A stretch of 64,000 nucleotides of DNA from Thermomicrobiales bacterium (GTDB taxonomy: Bacteria > Chloroflexota > Chloroflexia > Thermomicrobiales > UBA6265). Where the stretch lies: the NCBI GenBank assembly GCA_042408955.1, contig JBHOQQ010000046.1, positions 725 through 64,724 of the forward strand, in the 5' to 3' direction. Below the pieces are notes generated by a model, which worked only from the letters and a program-made list of their open reading frames with translations, was not told the DNA's origin and ran no database searches. The position numbers and the translations under genes are program-made. Shown here piece by piece: positions 43,587 through 53,956 of the stretch. How positions within the stretch are numbered: position 1 is the stretch's first letter; each line of letters opens with the position of its first letter.

Positions 43587-45518
43587 TTGATGACCGACCC
43601 GAATGAGACACTTCCAGATTCGCCGGTTGCCGTCGAAGAGGAGATTAGCCAGGCTGAATTAGTGAGCGAGCAACATGAGCCCGTCGCCATGGTGACGCCG
43701 CCAGTTGACTTTGGGCCGGTTCCTGAGCCACCCGAGCCGGGTCCTGCCAATCCCTCGCCAGACGGGCAACGCATGGCGTTCCTCCAGCATGACGCGAATT
43801 ACCGCATCCGCTTGTGGCTGGCAGCGCTCGATGGCACACCCCCCACGCCCGTCGAACTTACCTTCGAGCCAGTTCTGGACGACGATGGCCCCCAGTGGTC
43901 ACCAGATGGCCAGTGGCTTGCGCTGACCGGTCTACACCCGGCCGGTGACCGCACCGCCATTTGGCTATTGCATGTCGAGCAGCATTTGTGCCGCCTGCTC
44001 GTCGATCATCCAGCCGCCGATCGCTCGCCGCGGTGGTCCCCAGACGGGTCCTGGGTTGCGTTTGTCTCTCATCGGGACGGCCGTGATGCGATCTGCGTCG
44101 CCGCTCCGGATGGGACCAGTGCGGCAAGACAGGTCACCTTCGCCCCACCAGGGCAGGATGACCGTGATCCGTGCTGGTCGCCCGACAGTAGCCGTATCGC
44201 GTTTTGCCGCCGGATTTGGGAAGGTGAGCAAACCGGCGATCATATCTGGACTGTGGACATTCGCACCGGAGAGACCAAGCAGGTCACCAAGAAGCTGGCG
44301 CGGCGCCACGGCTTGCAGTGGGCGCCGAACCGGGCACAAGTAGCCTATGTCTCCGATGAGGGAGAGTGGGACAACATCGCGGTCGTGAATCCGGACAATG
44401 CGGCTGGTTGGAACCTCGCCAGCGAGAACGGCGATAAGGCGTGCCCCCGTTACTCGCCGGACGGGAACCGCATCCTATACACCCGCCTGCAACACGGAGT
44501 AACGCGTCTCATGGATCGCGGCGTCAACGCCTCTAGCGCGGAGCCCTACGACCCCGGGAACGGCGTGGCCAGTGCTGGGCGCTGGGTTCCCGGCAGCGAC
44601 GTCAAGCGCGTCCTGTATCGCTTCGCGCCAGCGACCGGCGCTCCGCGGTTCATCATCCAGGAAGCGAAAAAGGATACCGAGCGTGTGGACGTGCCGCTCG
44701 CGGTGCCGTGGGACGCCGGACGTCCGCTGGTCGAGCCCGTGCATATCGAGTTCGAGACCTGGAGCGGGTTGAAGCTCGGTGGGCTGTATTACCGGCAGGC
44801 GCAGTGGGTCGGTCGCCTTCCTGCCATTGTCTACTTGACCGACACGCCCCATCTCCCGCGCGATGCCCGATTCCGCGCCCCAGAGCAGGCGCTCGCCGCG
44901 GCCGGATTCGCGGTCTTCGCCCCGAGCCTCCACGGCACACCCGGCTATGGCCGCAAGGTCATCAACCTCTTGCGCGACCAGGCCGATACCGAAGTCGAGG
45001 CCAGCGACCTCGTTGATGTCATCAGGGCGCTCCAGCAGCGGGAGGATATTGAAGGAGACCGTATTGCGCTCGTCGGCTGGGGTCATGGAGGAACGCTGGC
45101 CCTGGTGTTCGCGGGAGGGCGGCCGGATCACGTTCAGGCGGTAGTGGCAATCGATCCCATCACCGATTGGGACAGCGAGCTAGATCACGGATCCAGCGCC
45201 TACCGCGCCTGGCACTTCCGGCAGTTGGGGTTGCCTGCCGTCCAGCCCGTGCGGCATCTCTTGCGCACGCCCGCGACCTTTATTGGCGCGGTGACTGTCC
45301 CACTCCTGCTCCTTGGGACCGATGCGGACGCGAGCCGCACCCGGCAGCTCGATTCATTGACTGCTCTACTGCGCGAGCTCAACGTGCCGTTCGAGCAGGA
45401 GGTATCGGTCGGAGAGTCACCATGGACCACGGCAGCGCGTGCGGCCGCGTTCGTCCGGACGGTCGTCGGTCCCAACCCTGCGCCACCCGCGGAGGCGATG
45501 CGAACCGAAACTATCTGA
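43587..45518 (+). CDS. S9 (prolyl oligopeptidase/acylaminoacyl peptidase) family homologue, apparently lacking catalytic Ser and His
   Basis: N-terminal TolB-like propeller repeats (SPDGQ..AF, WSPDGSWVAFVS, WSPDSSRIAF, YSPDGNRILY) plus a C-terminal alpha/beta-hydrolase domain. The nucleophile elbow reads GWGHGG (45075-45092) instead of GxSxGG. The C-terminal His position reads GESPW. Confidence 0.75.
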   Translation: MMTDPNETLPDSPVAVEEEISQAELVSEQHEPVAMVTPPVDFGPVPEPPEPGPANPSPDGQRMAFLQHDANYRIRLWLAALDGTPPTPVELTFEPVLDDDGPQWSPDGQWLALTGLHPAGDRTAIWLLHVEQHLCRLLVDHPAADRSPRWSPDGSWVAFVSHRDGRDAICVAAPDGTSAARQVTFAPPGQDDRDPCWSPDSSRIAFCRRIWEGEQTGDHIWTVDIRTGETKQVTKKLARRHGLQWAPNRAQVAYVSDEGEWDNIAVVNPDNAAGWNLASENGDKACPRYSPDGNRILYTRLQHGVTRLMDRGVNASSAEPYDPGNGVASAGRWVPGSDVKRVLYRFAPATGAPRFIIQEAKKDTERVDVPLAVPWDAGRPLVEPVHIEFETWSGLKLGGLYYRQAQWVGRLPAIVYLTDTPHLPRDARFRAPEQALAAAGFAVFAPSLHGTPGYGRKVINLLRDQADTEVEASDLVDVIRALQQREDIEGDRIALVGWGHGGTLALVFAGGRPDHVQAVVAIDPITDWDSELDHGSSAYRAWHFRQLGLPAVQPVRHLLRTPATFIGAVTVPLLLLGTDADASRTRQLDSLTALLRELNVPFEQEVSVGESPWTTAARAAAFVRTVVGPNPAPPAEAMRTETI

Positions 45519-45602
45519 GCGCAATGCGGAGCTGCCGCCCCTGCAGCTGTTTGACCCCGCCCGCGGTGGCGGCCGCGAGCATTGGGAACGGTGGAGGTGC
45601 CC

Positions 45603-46760
45603 ATGATGTTGCTTCGACTTGTGCTAGCGATTGCGCTGGCAGGCACCACCGCCGCTCCCGTCTACGCTCATGCAAGCCAGCCAGAGTTTGCCTTTGCGGT
45701 CCGCCTCATGGCCAGCGGGCTCGACCGGCCGGTCCATTTTGCTGTCCCAGTTGCTGTCCCAGCCGACGGCAGCAACCGCGTTCTCATCGTGGAGCAAACG
45801 GGACGAATCCGTGTCATGCGAAACGGCCGGCTCGCCGAACAGCCGTTTCTTGACTTGCGTGGGGAGGTGAGCTGCTGCGGTGAGCGAGGGCTGCTGAGCA
45901 TGGCTTTCCATCCTCGCTTCGCGGAGAACGGATGGTTCTTCGTGTCGTACACCAACACCGCGGGAGACACGCGCGTCGTGCGGTATCAAGTGACGCCGCC
46001 GAGTGCCGACGTCGCCGACCCAGCCAGCGGGAAAACGATTTTGGCTGTCGACCAACCTGCCGCGAATCACAATGGGGGCCTCGTGGTCTTCGGACCAGAC
46101 GGTTATCTCTACATCGGTCTTGGCGATGGCGGCGGAGGCAATAGCGACAACGGGCAGGATCTCGGAACGCTGCTCGGCAAAATCCTGCGCATCGATGTTG
46201 ATCGCCTCGCGCCCGGTCTCCCGTACAGTATTCCGTCCGATAATCCGTTTGTCGCGACACCCGGCGCCCGTCCCGAAATCTGGGCTCTTGGGTTACGCAA
46301 CCCGTGGCGCTTCAGCTTTGATCGCGCCACCGGTGACCTTTGGATCGGCGATGTCGGATCGGCGCTCTACGAGGAAATCAACTTCCAGCCTCGTGGGAGT
46401 AAAGGCGGGGAGAATTACGGCTGGGACTTGATGGAAGGCACGCACTGCCGCCATGCCAATGGATGTGATGGTCTGGGCCTCGTGCTACCGGTGAGCGGCT
46501 TCGCCCGCAATGAAGGCTGTGTCGTGACTGGCGGGTATGTCTATCGTGGCCACGCCATCCCGCACCTCGCCGGCACCTATCTCTTTGCCGATTATTGCTC
46601 AGGCGATGTGTGGGGCTTGCGGGCCACCAATGCAGGAGGATGGCAGAGGATAGGACCGGTTTCGACCGGCCTTCGCATCGTCTCCTTTGCGGAAGACGCG
46701 AACGGTGAGCTGTATCTGGTGGATCTTGAAGGGGGAATCTACCAAATCGTCGCGTTGTGA
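45603..46760 (+). CDS. PQQ-dependent sugar (glucose/sorbosone) dehydrogenase, soluble beta-propeller type
   Basis: Signal peptide MMLLRLVLAIALAGTTA; motifs ANHNGGLVVFGPDGYLYIGLGDGGGGN, GLRNPWRFSFD and GWDLMEG. ATG 45603 follows GGTGGAGG. Confidence 0.8.
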   Translation: MMLLRLVLAIALAGTTAAPVYAHASQPEFAFAVRLMASGLDRPVHFAVPVAVPADGSNRVLIVEQTGRIRVMRNGRLAEQPFLDLRGEVSCCGERGLLSMAFHPRFAENGWFFVSYTNTAGDTRVVRYQVTPPSADVADPASGKTILAVDQPAANHNGGLVVFGPDGYLYIGLGDGGGGNSDNGQDLGTLLGKILRIDVDRLAPGLPYSIPSDNPFVATPGARPEIWALGLRNPWRFSFDRATGDLWIGDVGSALYEEINFQPRGSKGGENYGWDLMEGTHCRHANGCDGLGLVLPVSGFARNEGCVVTGGYVYRGHAIPHLAGTYLFADYCSGDVWGLRATNAGGWQRIGPVSTGLRIVSFAEDANGELYLVDLEGGIYQIVAL

Positions 46761-48412
46761 TCCGCTATTCGCGGATGGCGCCCTACCCAAGAATCAGCAT
46801 AGACCGTGCAGAGGAACGCGCAGCAATGCCTGCTCATCGTGCCACATCCCAGCCGCCGGTCACCTCGATGACCACCACAGTGGATGAGGCGCATCCTGCG
46901 TCTGAGGCGACCATAGCTTCACCGTCTTCCGTCCGGACGGGACTGCGGCATCACCTCCAGCGACCACTGGTTCGCGCCGGCGTGGTCTTCGCACTCGTGA
47001 TCTATGCCTGGAGCTTCAGGCACACGTTTGTCGATGATGCGTATATCCAGTTCCAATATGCCCGGACGCTGGCAGCGAGTGGCACGTGGGGATTTTACGC
47101 CGGCCACCCCGCTAACACGGCAACATCACCGCTCAATGTGGGGCTCATCACCGCCGGCTCGCTCGTGACAGGTTCGGTGATACGGGCGGCGGTCCTCCTC
47201 ACCGGCATCGAACTCGCAGCACTGTTGTGGCTCCTGCTGCGCCTTTCCCGTCGCCTGGATGGCAACGCGTTCTTTGCCCTGTTCGCCTTCTGCGCAATCG
47301 CCACGAACCTGCTCATCGTCTCGACGTTTGGCCTCGAAAGCCTCCTGTATATCGTGCTGCTCGTCGCCGCCGTGACCATGATGCTGGAGCAACGTCGCAC
47401 GCTCATGATGCTGCTAGCCGCGTTCCTGACGCTTGCCAGGCCGGATGGCGTGCTGTTGGCGATCCTGTTCCTCGTCGCCGTACGGCCGCGCGCGCGTGAC
47501 GCGGTGCGGTTGGCCGCCGTCTACGTTGTCGCGGTCGCTCCGTGGTTTCTGTATTCCTGGATTACCCTCGGTTCGTTCGTTCCCGACACATTGGTCATCA
47601 AGATCCAGCAGCATGCGTGGGGCCACAGCACATTCTTCAACGGCCTCCGGCTCTACTTCGATCGCTTCCCATACGAGACGGTAGCGACGCTGGCGCTCGC
47701 TCCTCTTTGTCTCGTGCCGTTCTGGCGCTGCGGCGATCACACGCGCCGCTTCGTGAGCATCCTGGCGGCCTATGCCTCCATCCATTTTGCCGCCTATTCG
47801 CTTCTCGGAGTTCCTCCATACCACTGGTACTACATTCACCAGGTCGCTCCTCTGCTGCTCATCGCCTCAATTGGCGCAACCTACTGGTCGACCCGCCTGC
47901 GCCAGAAATACCCAGCTACTGCCTGGCTACTGCCAAGTCTCCCAGCTCTCGGTCTGGTAGTGATGCTGGCACGTGAAGGCGTTCCACTGCGCGAAGCCCC
48001 GATCAACACGAACTGGGCAACATCAGCGGACTATCGCGCCGTCGGCCTCTGGCTACGAGACAATCTTGAGCCAGGAGCCCCGGTCGCAGTCTATGGTGAG
48101 GTAGGTACCGTTGCGTACTATGCGGATCAGATGCTCATCAACGAATTCAGCGATATGAGCGTTGCCGACACGCTCATCGAGCAAAGCGAGATGAAACGCA
48201 CAAAAGGGATTAGCTGGCTCTTCGACCTCAATTTCCTTTGGCGCGGACACCACGATCCACTCCCGCCACCAGCATATGAGCTCATGTTTCACCCAGGGCA
48301 GGCACCGAACGGCTGTCCGCCCGACGATGGCGCCTGTGTCATGACCTGGGGCGGCGGCACGGCCTGGGTGCAGCCAACGACGATCATCCTGCGCCGGCGA
48401 GAAGCAGGCTAA
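46757..48412 (+). CDS. Polytopic membrane glycosyltransferase-like protein (GT-C fold, arabinofuranosyl/mannosyl-transferase-like)
   Basis: More than 10 TM segments. The first loop has the FVDDAYIQFQYARTLAASGTWGF motif seen in GT-C-type transferases. GTGA overlap with the preceding gene. Start uncertain. Confidence 0.55.
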   Translation: MIRYSRMAPYPRISIDRAEERAAMPAHRATSQPPVTSMTTTVDEAHPASEATIASPSSVRTGLRHHLQRPLVRAGVVFALVIYAWSFRHTFVDDAYIQFQYARTLAASGTWGFYAGHPANTATSPLNVGLITAGSLVTGSVIRAAVLLTGIELAALLWLLLRLSRRLDGNAFFALFAFCAIATNLLIVSTFGLESLLYIVLLVAAVTMMLEQRRTLMMLLAAFLTLARPDGVLLAILFLVAVRPRARDAVRLAAVYVVAVAPWFLYSWITLGSFVPDTLVIKIQQHAWGHSTFFNGLRLYFDRFPYETVATLALAPLCLVPFWRCGDHTRRFVSILAAYASIHFAAYSLLGVPPYHWYYIHQVAPLLLIASIGATYWSTRLRQKYPATAWLLPSLPALGLVVMLAREGVPLREAPINTNWATSADYRAVGLWLRDNLEPGAPVAVYGEVGTVAYYADQMLINEFSDMSVADTLIEQSEMKRTKGISWLFDLNFLWRGHHDPLPPPAYELMFHPGQAPNGCPPDDGACVMTWGGGTAWVQPTTIILRRREAG

Positions 48413-49224
48413 CTGGAAACTCCCGCCACCTGGCAGGGCTGACCAAGCAACTGCTGCGCGATCCTGCTCACCCAGGACGGATCTCCGCTGGTGAGCATGC
48501 GCAGGCTTCCTTGATGAGCGACCGAGGCGGCCAAGGCGCGCTCCCCGAGTACGTCACGCACGCGCCGGGCAATAGCCGGACCACTGTCAACGATCTGTAC
48601 CGCCGGCCCGGCGATCTGCGCGATCGCGGCGCGCAGGAATGGATAGTGGGTGCAACCGAGCACGATCACATCAGCCCCACGGGCGACCGAAGGTTCAACC
48701 AGAGGACGCAAGGTGGTCAGAACTTCGTCGCCGCTGACCATGCCCGCCTCAACGAGCTCGACCAAGCCAGGTGCGGCAATCCGCTCGACGCAGATCCCGG
48801 CTGCATGCTCCCGGATCAGCCGGTCAAGCCGCTCGCTCGTGATCGTGCGCGGCGTGGCGAGCACCGCGATGCGGCCGGTCCGCGTCATGCGTGCCGCTGG
48901 CTTCACTGCTGGTTCGAGCCCAATGATGGGAACCGCGAAGCGCTCCCGCAGCGCGGGTAGCGCGATCGCGCATGCCGTATTGCAGGCAGCTACCATGAGC
49001 TTCACTCCGAGCGCATGGAGCATCTCCGCGATGAGATGGCAACGCTCGCTAATCTCCTCTGGATCTCGGGTGCCGTATGGACAATATGCGCAATCAGCGA
49101 AGTAGATGAGATCTTCAGTCGGAAGCGCCGACCGAAGCTCACGAACAATGCTGAGACCACCCACTCCCGAGTCGAAGATCCCGATTGGTGCCGTCTCAAT
49201 CCCCACCCGGTCAACCACCCGCAA
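48409..49224 (-). CDS. murI: Glutamate racemase
   Basis: IGIFDSGVGGLSIVRE, the two catalytic Cys motifs VAACNTA and LGCTHYP. Confidence 0.9.
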   Translation of the reverse strand: MRVVDRVGIETAPIGIFDSGVGGLSIVRELRSALPTEDLIYFADCAYCPYGTRDPEEISERCHLIAEMLHALGVKLMVAACNTACAIALPALRERFAVPIIGLEPAVKPAARMTRTGRIAVLATPRTITSERLDRLIREHAAGICVERIAAPGLVELVEAGMVSGDEVLTTLRPLVEPSVARGADVIVLGCTHYPFLRAAIAQIAGPAVQIVDSGPAIARRVRDVLGERALAASVAHQGSLRMLTSGDPSWVSRIAQQLLGQPCQVAGVSS

Positions 49225-49311
49225 AGAAACCTCGGTCTGTTCTCAGCTTCCTCGCTGCCTGCGGCGCGATCACACCACGGCCCACCTGCCGAGAGACACT
49301 AGCCGCAGGGC

Positions 49312-50313
49312 TCAGTTGCTACTCGGCCCAGGAACCGAAAGCAAGTCCGGCTCACCCTCGCGCGCATCGAGACACGCCCGGAACCAATCCAAGGTTCGCA
49401 GCAAGCCATCTTCAAGCGAAACGCGAGGCGTCCAGCCCAGGATGCGTTGCGCTTTGCGAATATCCGGACACCTGCGGGTTGGGTCGTCCTTGGGCAGACC
49501 TTGGTAAAGGATAGGGGAGCGCGACCGAGCAAGCATCGCTATCGTTTCCGCCAACTGTCGAATTGTGATCTCGACCGGGTTGCCAAGATTGACCACCTCT
49601 CCGGCCAAGCCATCTCGTTCGCCAAGCGCCAGCAAGCCAGCGACCAAGTCGTCCACATAGCAGAATGAGCGAGTCTGACTCCCGTCGCCGTAAATGGTCA
49701 TGGGCTCGCCGCGCAGCGCCTGGACGCAAAAATTCGGTACGACGCGGCCATCGTCCGGCCTCGACCGAGGGCCATACGTGTTGAAGACCCGTGCGATGCG
49801 GACATCAAGACCATAGTGGCGATAAAACTCGATCGACAGGCTCTCAGCGAAACGCTTGCTCTCGTCATAGCATGAGCGCGGCCCAATCGGATTGACGTTT
49901 CCCCAGTAATCTTCAGATTGCGGATGCACCAGCGGCTCGCCATAGACTTCAGAGGTCGAGGCCAGCACGAAGCGTGCCCCATCTCTCCGGGCAATCTCCA
50001 GCAAGGCGAACGTCCCCACGGAATTGACCAGGTGCGTCTCGATAGGGAACATCCGATATCCCACCGGACTCGCCGGGCTTGCCAGGTGAAAGATGCAGTC
50101 AAAGCGCCCCAGCAACGATTCTGCGGGCAGTGGCCTCGTGAGGTCATGCTCTATCACCCGCAGGCGGTCGTGTCTAGTCAAGCCAGCCAAATTCTCCCGG
50201 CGGCCCGTGAGGAAATTGTCCAAAACGACGACCGAGTCACCTCGCGCGAGCAGGCGCTCGACAAGATGGCTGCCGATGAAACCGGAGCCTCCGGCTACTA
50301 AACAATGCATCAC
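49312..50313 (-). CDS. UDP-glucuronate decarboxylase (UDP-xylose synthase) / SDR-family NAD-dependent epimerase-dehydratase
   Basis: VAGGSGFIGSHLVERLL..GDSVVVLDNFLTGRRENL, STSEVYG, YDESKR and ARVFNTYGPR are typical of UXS. Confidence 0.85.
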   Translation of the reverse strand: MMHCLVAGGSGFIGSHLVERLLARGDSVVVLDNFLTGRRENLAGLTRHDRLRVIEHDLTRPLPAESLLGRFDCIFHLASPASPVGYRMFPIETHLVNSVGTFALLEIARRDGARFVLASTSEVYGEPLVHPQSEDYWGNVNPIGPRSCYDESKRFAESLSIEFYRHYGLDVRIARVFNTYGPRSRPDDGRVVPNFCVQALRGEPMTIYGDGSQTRSFCYVDDLVAGLLALGERDGLAGEVVNLGNPVEITIRQLAETIAMLARSRSPILYQGLPKDDPTRRCPDIRKAQRILGWTPRVSLEDGLLRTLDWFRACLDAREGEPDLLSVPGPSSN

Positions 50314-50515
50314 CTAATCACCGCCACATTGCACGCGTGATCCATCCCAAAAGGAACGGACCACCCACCCGGTCGAATAGTACCGCACGGCTCGTCCCAT
50401 CCATCGAGCGTCGCACTCACCGGCATTGAGGCGTCCGTTACAATCGGTGCCGCGCCGGCACGAGCGCCGAGCCGCGCGGCGCCTTGACATATGCTAAATA
50501 GCGAGGGCGGATCAA

Positions 50516-51058
50516 ATGAGCTCGACGCGACTGCAAGAGTTTCGCGCGCATAAGGATCATTTTTTTGCTCACAGCGAACACTCGCCATTGCCACCTGAGG
50601 ATCGAGCAAAGTTTGCCGGCTTGGACTATTTCCCGGAGAATCCAGCGCTCTCGTTCGTCCTTCAGCTCGAAACGGATGGTCCGGGCATCGGTGAGCGCGT
50701 TGAGCTTCCCACCACGGACGGACGCAGTAAGCCATTCGTGCGCGCCGGGCGCATCACGTTCACCGCGAACGGCACGCCGGTGACCTTTTCAGTCTTCAAG
50801 GAACCCGTGCGGGGCCGGTACTTCCTGCCATTCCGGGATGGCACCGCGGGCAACGAGACGTATAGCCTCGGCCGGTACCTTGATCCGCAAGAGTTGCCTG
50901 ACGGCAAGCTGCTGGTCGATTTCAACTACGCCTACAACCCCTACTGCGCGTATTCGGATGGCTGGTCGTGCCCAATTCCCCCGGAAGAGAACGTCACACC
51001 CGTTCGCATCGAGGCCGGCGAAAAAGCCTATCGGCGGCCTGGATCGAGCAACGGCTAA
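50516..51058 (+). CDS. DUF1684 domain protein
   Basis: FRAHKDHFFAHSEHSPL...GLDYFPENP...LVDFNYAYNPYCAYSDGWSCPIPPEEN is characteristic of DUF1684. Confidence 0.75.
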   Translation: MSSTRLQEFRAHKDHFFAHSEHSPLPPEDRAKFAGLDYFPENPALSFVLQLETDGPGIGERVELPTTDGRSKPFVRAGRITFTANGTPVTFSVFKEPVRGRYFLPFRDGTAGNETYSLGRYLDPQELPDGKLLVDFNYAYNPYCAYSDGWSCPIPPEENVTPVRIEAGEKAYRRPGSSNG

Positions 51059-51064
51059 CGCCAG

Positions 51065-53524
51065 TTATCGATTCGAAGCATCCCCGGCCACGCTATCGCC
51101 GAATGGCACCGTCCGGTCCGGCGGCACGACCGATGGGCCAACACCAGACGCCGGTTCGCTCGCCTCGCTGAGGTTGTCGGCTTGATGCTCGTCCAGCAGG
51201 ATCGCGTTGGCGATGACCTGATCCATATTCGTCACGAAGATAAATTCCATCTCCTTCCGGACGTTCTCTGGAATCTTCACCAGGTCACGCCGGTTCTCCT
51301 CGGGAGCGATCAAGCGGCGGATGCCATGGCGGTGAGCTGCGAGCGTCTTGTCCTTTAGCCCGCCGATCGCCAGCACGCGCCCCCGCAGCGTGATCTCGCC
51401 GGTCATCGCTGTGTCATTGCGCACCGGCCGGCGCGTGAGAGCAGAAATCAGGGCCGTCGCCATCGTGATTCCAGCCGATGGCCCATCCTTTGGCGTCGCC
51501 CCTTCCGGCAAGTGGATATGGAGATCGAGCTTTTCCTGGAAATCCCGGTCAATCTTGAGCTGGTCAGCCCGGGAGCGTGCATAAGAAAGCGCGGCGCGTG
51601 CCGACTCCTGCATGACATCGCCCGCCCGGCCAGTGATGGTGAGGCTGCCCCGGCCGGGCATGGTGGCCACTTCGACGGGAATCAGCTCGCCGCCGATGTC
51701 TGTCGTACCTAGTCCAATTGCCACGCCAACCTGGCTCTCACCTAGGTCGTGCTGGTAGCCGAACTTCTTCGGACCAAGATACTCTTCAAGCCGCTGCTCG
51801 TTGAGCTTGACCTTGGTTGCCTTGCCCCGCACGATATCTCGGGCAACCCGGCGGCAGATTTGCGCGATCTCCCGGTCGAGCTGGCGCACTCCCGCCTCAC
51901 GCGTGTAATCACGCACGATGCGCTGCCACAGCTTCGGCGGTATTTCCAGAACGCCATCCGGCAAACCGTGCGCCGCGAGCTGCTTCTTCAGCAGATGCCG
52001 CCGGCCAATCTCGACCTTTTCCTCCTCGGTGTAGCCAGAAATCTCAATGATCTCCATCCGGTCGCGGAGCGGCCGCGGAATTTGGTGTCCATAGTTTGCG
52101 GTAGTGATAAAGAGGACCTTCGAGAGATCGTACGGCACATCCAAGAAGTGATCCGTGAAGGCATGGTTCTGCTCAGGGTCGAGAACTTCCAGGAGCGCCG
52201 CCGCGGGATCGCCGCGAAAATCATTGGTCAGCTTGTCGATCTCATCGAGGAGCAAGAGCGGATTGACCGTGCCAGCCTGCTTCATCGCGCCGATGATGCG
52301 ACCCGGCATGGCGCCGATGTACGTCCGCCGGTGGCCGCGAATCTCCGCCTCGTCCCGCACACCGCCCAATGAGACGCGAACGAACCGGCGTCCCATTGAG
52401 GCGGCGATCGAGCGGCCAAGGCTGGTCTTGCCCACCCCTGGCGGTCCAATCAAGCAAAGAATTTGCGCGGTACCTGGATCGGTCACGCCGCTTTCGAGCC
52501 GCAGCTTGCGCACCGCCAGATAATCAAGGATGCGCTCCTTGACTTGCTCCAGTCCGTAATGGTCTTCGTTGAGAATGCGCTCGGCCTCATCGAGATCCAG
52601 CCGGTCTTCGGTCTGCTCGTGCCAGGGCAAGGCCAGCAGCGTGTCAAGGTAGGTGCGGACCACCGTCGCCTCGGCAGACACCGACGGCATTCGCTCAAGC
52701 CGTTGAAGCTCCCGCAGCAGCTTTTCTTCCACGTCTTTGGGCATGCCGCGGGAGAGAATGCGCTGCCGCAGCGCCTCGATCTCATTCCCGCCTTCGCCCG
52801 ACAGCTCATCGTGGATGGCCTTGAGCTGCTCTCGCAGGTAGTACTCCCGCTGGTTCTTCTCGACCTGCTCCCGCACCCGGTCCTTGATCCGCTGCTCTAA
52901 CGCCGCAACGTCAAGATCGCCCGTAATATGGACCGCGATCTGCTCTAAGCGTTGCAACGGATCGAGCATCTCCAGCAACTGTTGACGCCGGGAGGTTTCG
53001 GTGAGCAACTGCGTCGCCAGCAAGTCAGCCAGATGCCCCGGCTCGGTCGCCCGCTGCACCATATCCAGGATTTCCGGCGACAGGCGGTTCCGCGCCTCGT
53101 TGTACTTGACGGCAAGATCTTGCACGTATTGCAGCATGACCCGGCTTTCCACCGCAGGAACCGGGCTCTCTCGCAACTCCTCCGCCGCCACCGTAAAAAA
53201 CTGCCGCGCCGTATCAAACTGGCTCAAGCGGACGCGGCTGATGCCTTCTAGCACCACCTGGATGCTGTTTCCTTGCTGGCGCTCAACGGAAACGATCTCC
53301 GCCAGTGCGCCAACGTGATAGAGGTCTTCAGGCCGGGGGTCCTCAATCTCGCTATCGCGATGCGCGGTGACGACGATCCGCCGGTCACGCGTCAACGATT
53401 CCTCTACCGCTTGGATTGACCGCGGCCGTCCTACCAAGAGCGTCACGATGTTGCGTGGGAAGATGACGACGTTCTTGAGCGGTAGCAACGGATAGCGCGG
53501 CGCGTACAGTTCATAACGACTCAT
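51065..53524 (-). CDS. lon: ATP-dependent Lon protease (endopeptidase La)
   Basis: LON N-domain ([12 protein letters not shown]), Walker [16 protein letters not shown], protease Ser motif [21 protein letters not shown] present. Confidence 0.95.
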   Translation of the reverse strand: MSRYELYAPRYPLLPLKNVVIFPRNIVTLLVGRPRSIQAVEESLTRDRRIVVTAHRDSEIEDPRPEDLYHVGALAEIVSVERQQGNSIQVVLEGISRVRLSQFDTARQFFTVAAEELRESPVPAVESRVMLQYVQDLAVKYNEARNRLSPEILDMVQRATEPGHLADLLATQLLTETSRRQQLLEMLDPLQRLEQIAVHITGDLDVAALEQRIKDRVREQVEKNQREYYLREQLKAIHDELSGEGGNEIEALRQRILSRGMPKDVEEKLLRELQRLERMPSVSAEATVVRTYLDTLLALPWHEQTEDRLDLDEAERILNEDHYGLEQVKERILDYLAVRKLRLESGVTDPGTAQILCLIGPPGVGKTSLGRSIAASMGRRFVRVSLGGVRDEAEIRGHRRTYIGAMPGRIIGAMKQAGTVNPLLLLDEIDKLTNDFRGDPAAALLEVLDPEQNHAFTDHFLDVPYDLSKVLFITTANYGHQIPRPLRDRMEIIEISGYTEEEKVEIGRRHLLKKQLAAHGLPDGVLEIPPKLWQRIVRDYTREAGVRQLDREIAQICRRVARDIVRGKATKVKLNEQRLEEYLGPKKFGYQHDLGESQVGVAIGLGTTDIGGELIPVEVATMPGRGSLTITGRAGDVMQESARAALSYARSRADQLKIDRDFQEKLDLHIHLPEGATPKDGPSAGITMATALISALTRRPVRNDTAMTGEITLRGRVLAIGGLKDKTLAAHRHGIRRLIAPEENRRDLVKIPENVRKEMEFIFVTNMDQVIANAILLDEHQADNLSEASEPASGVGPSVVPPDRTVPFGDSVAGDASNR

Positions 53525-53956
53525 CGCGCTCGTCCCCCTGCTCGCTGACGGTGGTGCATCGTTTCGTTCCTAACTCGCGTTCGCTGGTCGCTTGCGTGCG
53601 CCACTAGCACGCTTCAACACCGGCTGCGAGGTTGCTGGCGCTCCCCAGTTGGGCGTTGTCATTGCCTGATCAGCCACCGGCCAGTGTGCGCCTGGCCGAG
53701 GTGACGACCATCCCAAGGATACCATACCGTCCACGAAGGAGCGCGTACGTACAATACTTTCTTTCGCTCAACACCCTGAATGGCGCCACGCGGTCCAGCA
53801 CTCCGCGGAACAACGCTCCTCCCTACAATGCCCGGAAACATCAGGGGTCGGGAGGGATAGTTGCAGATCATTCGTCCCCATTTTGGGGAACCCGTAAGGG
53901 CCAGGAACCTCATGACGTTCAACCTAGCCGCTCAGCCATGACACCGCGTGCCCCGC

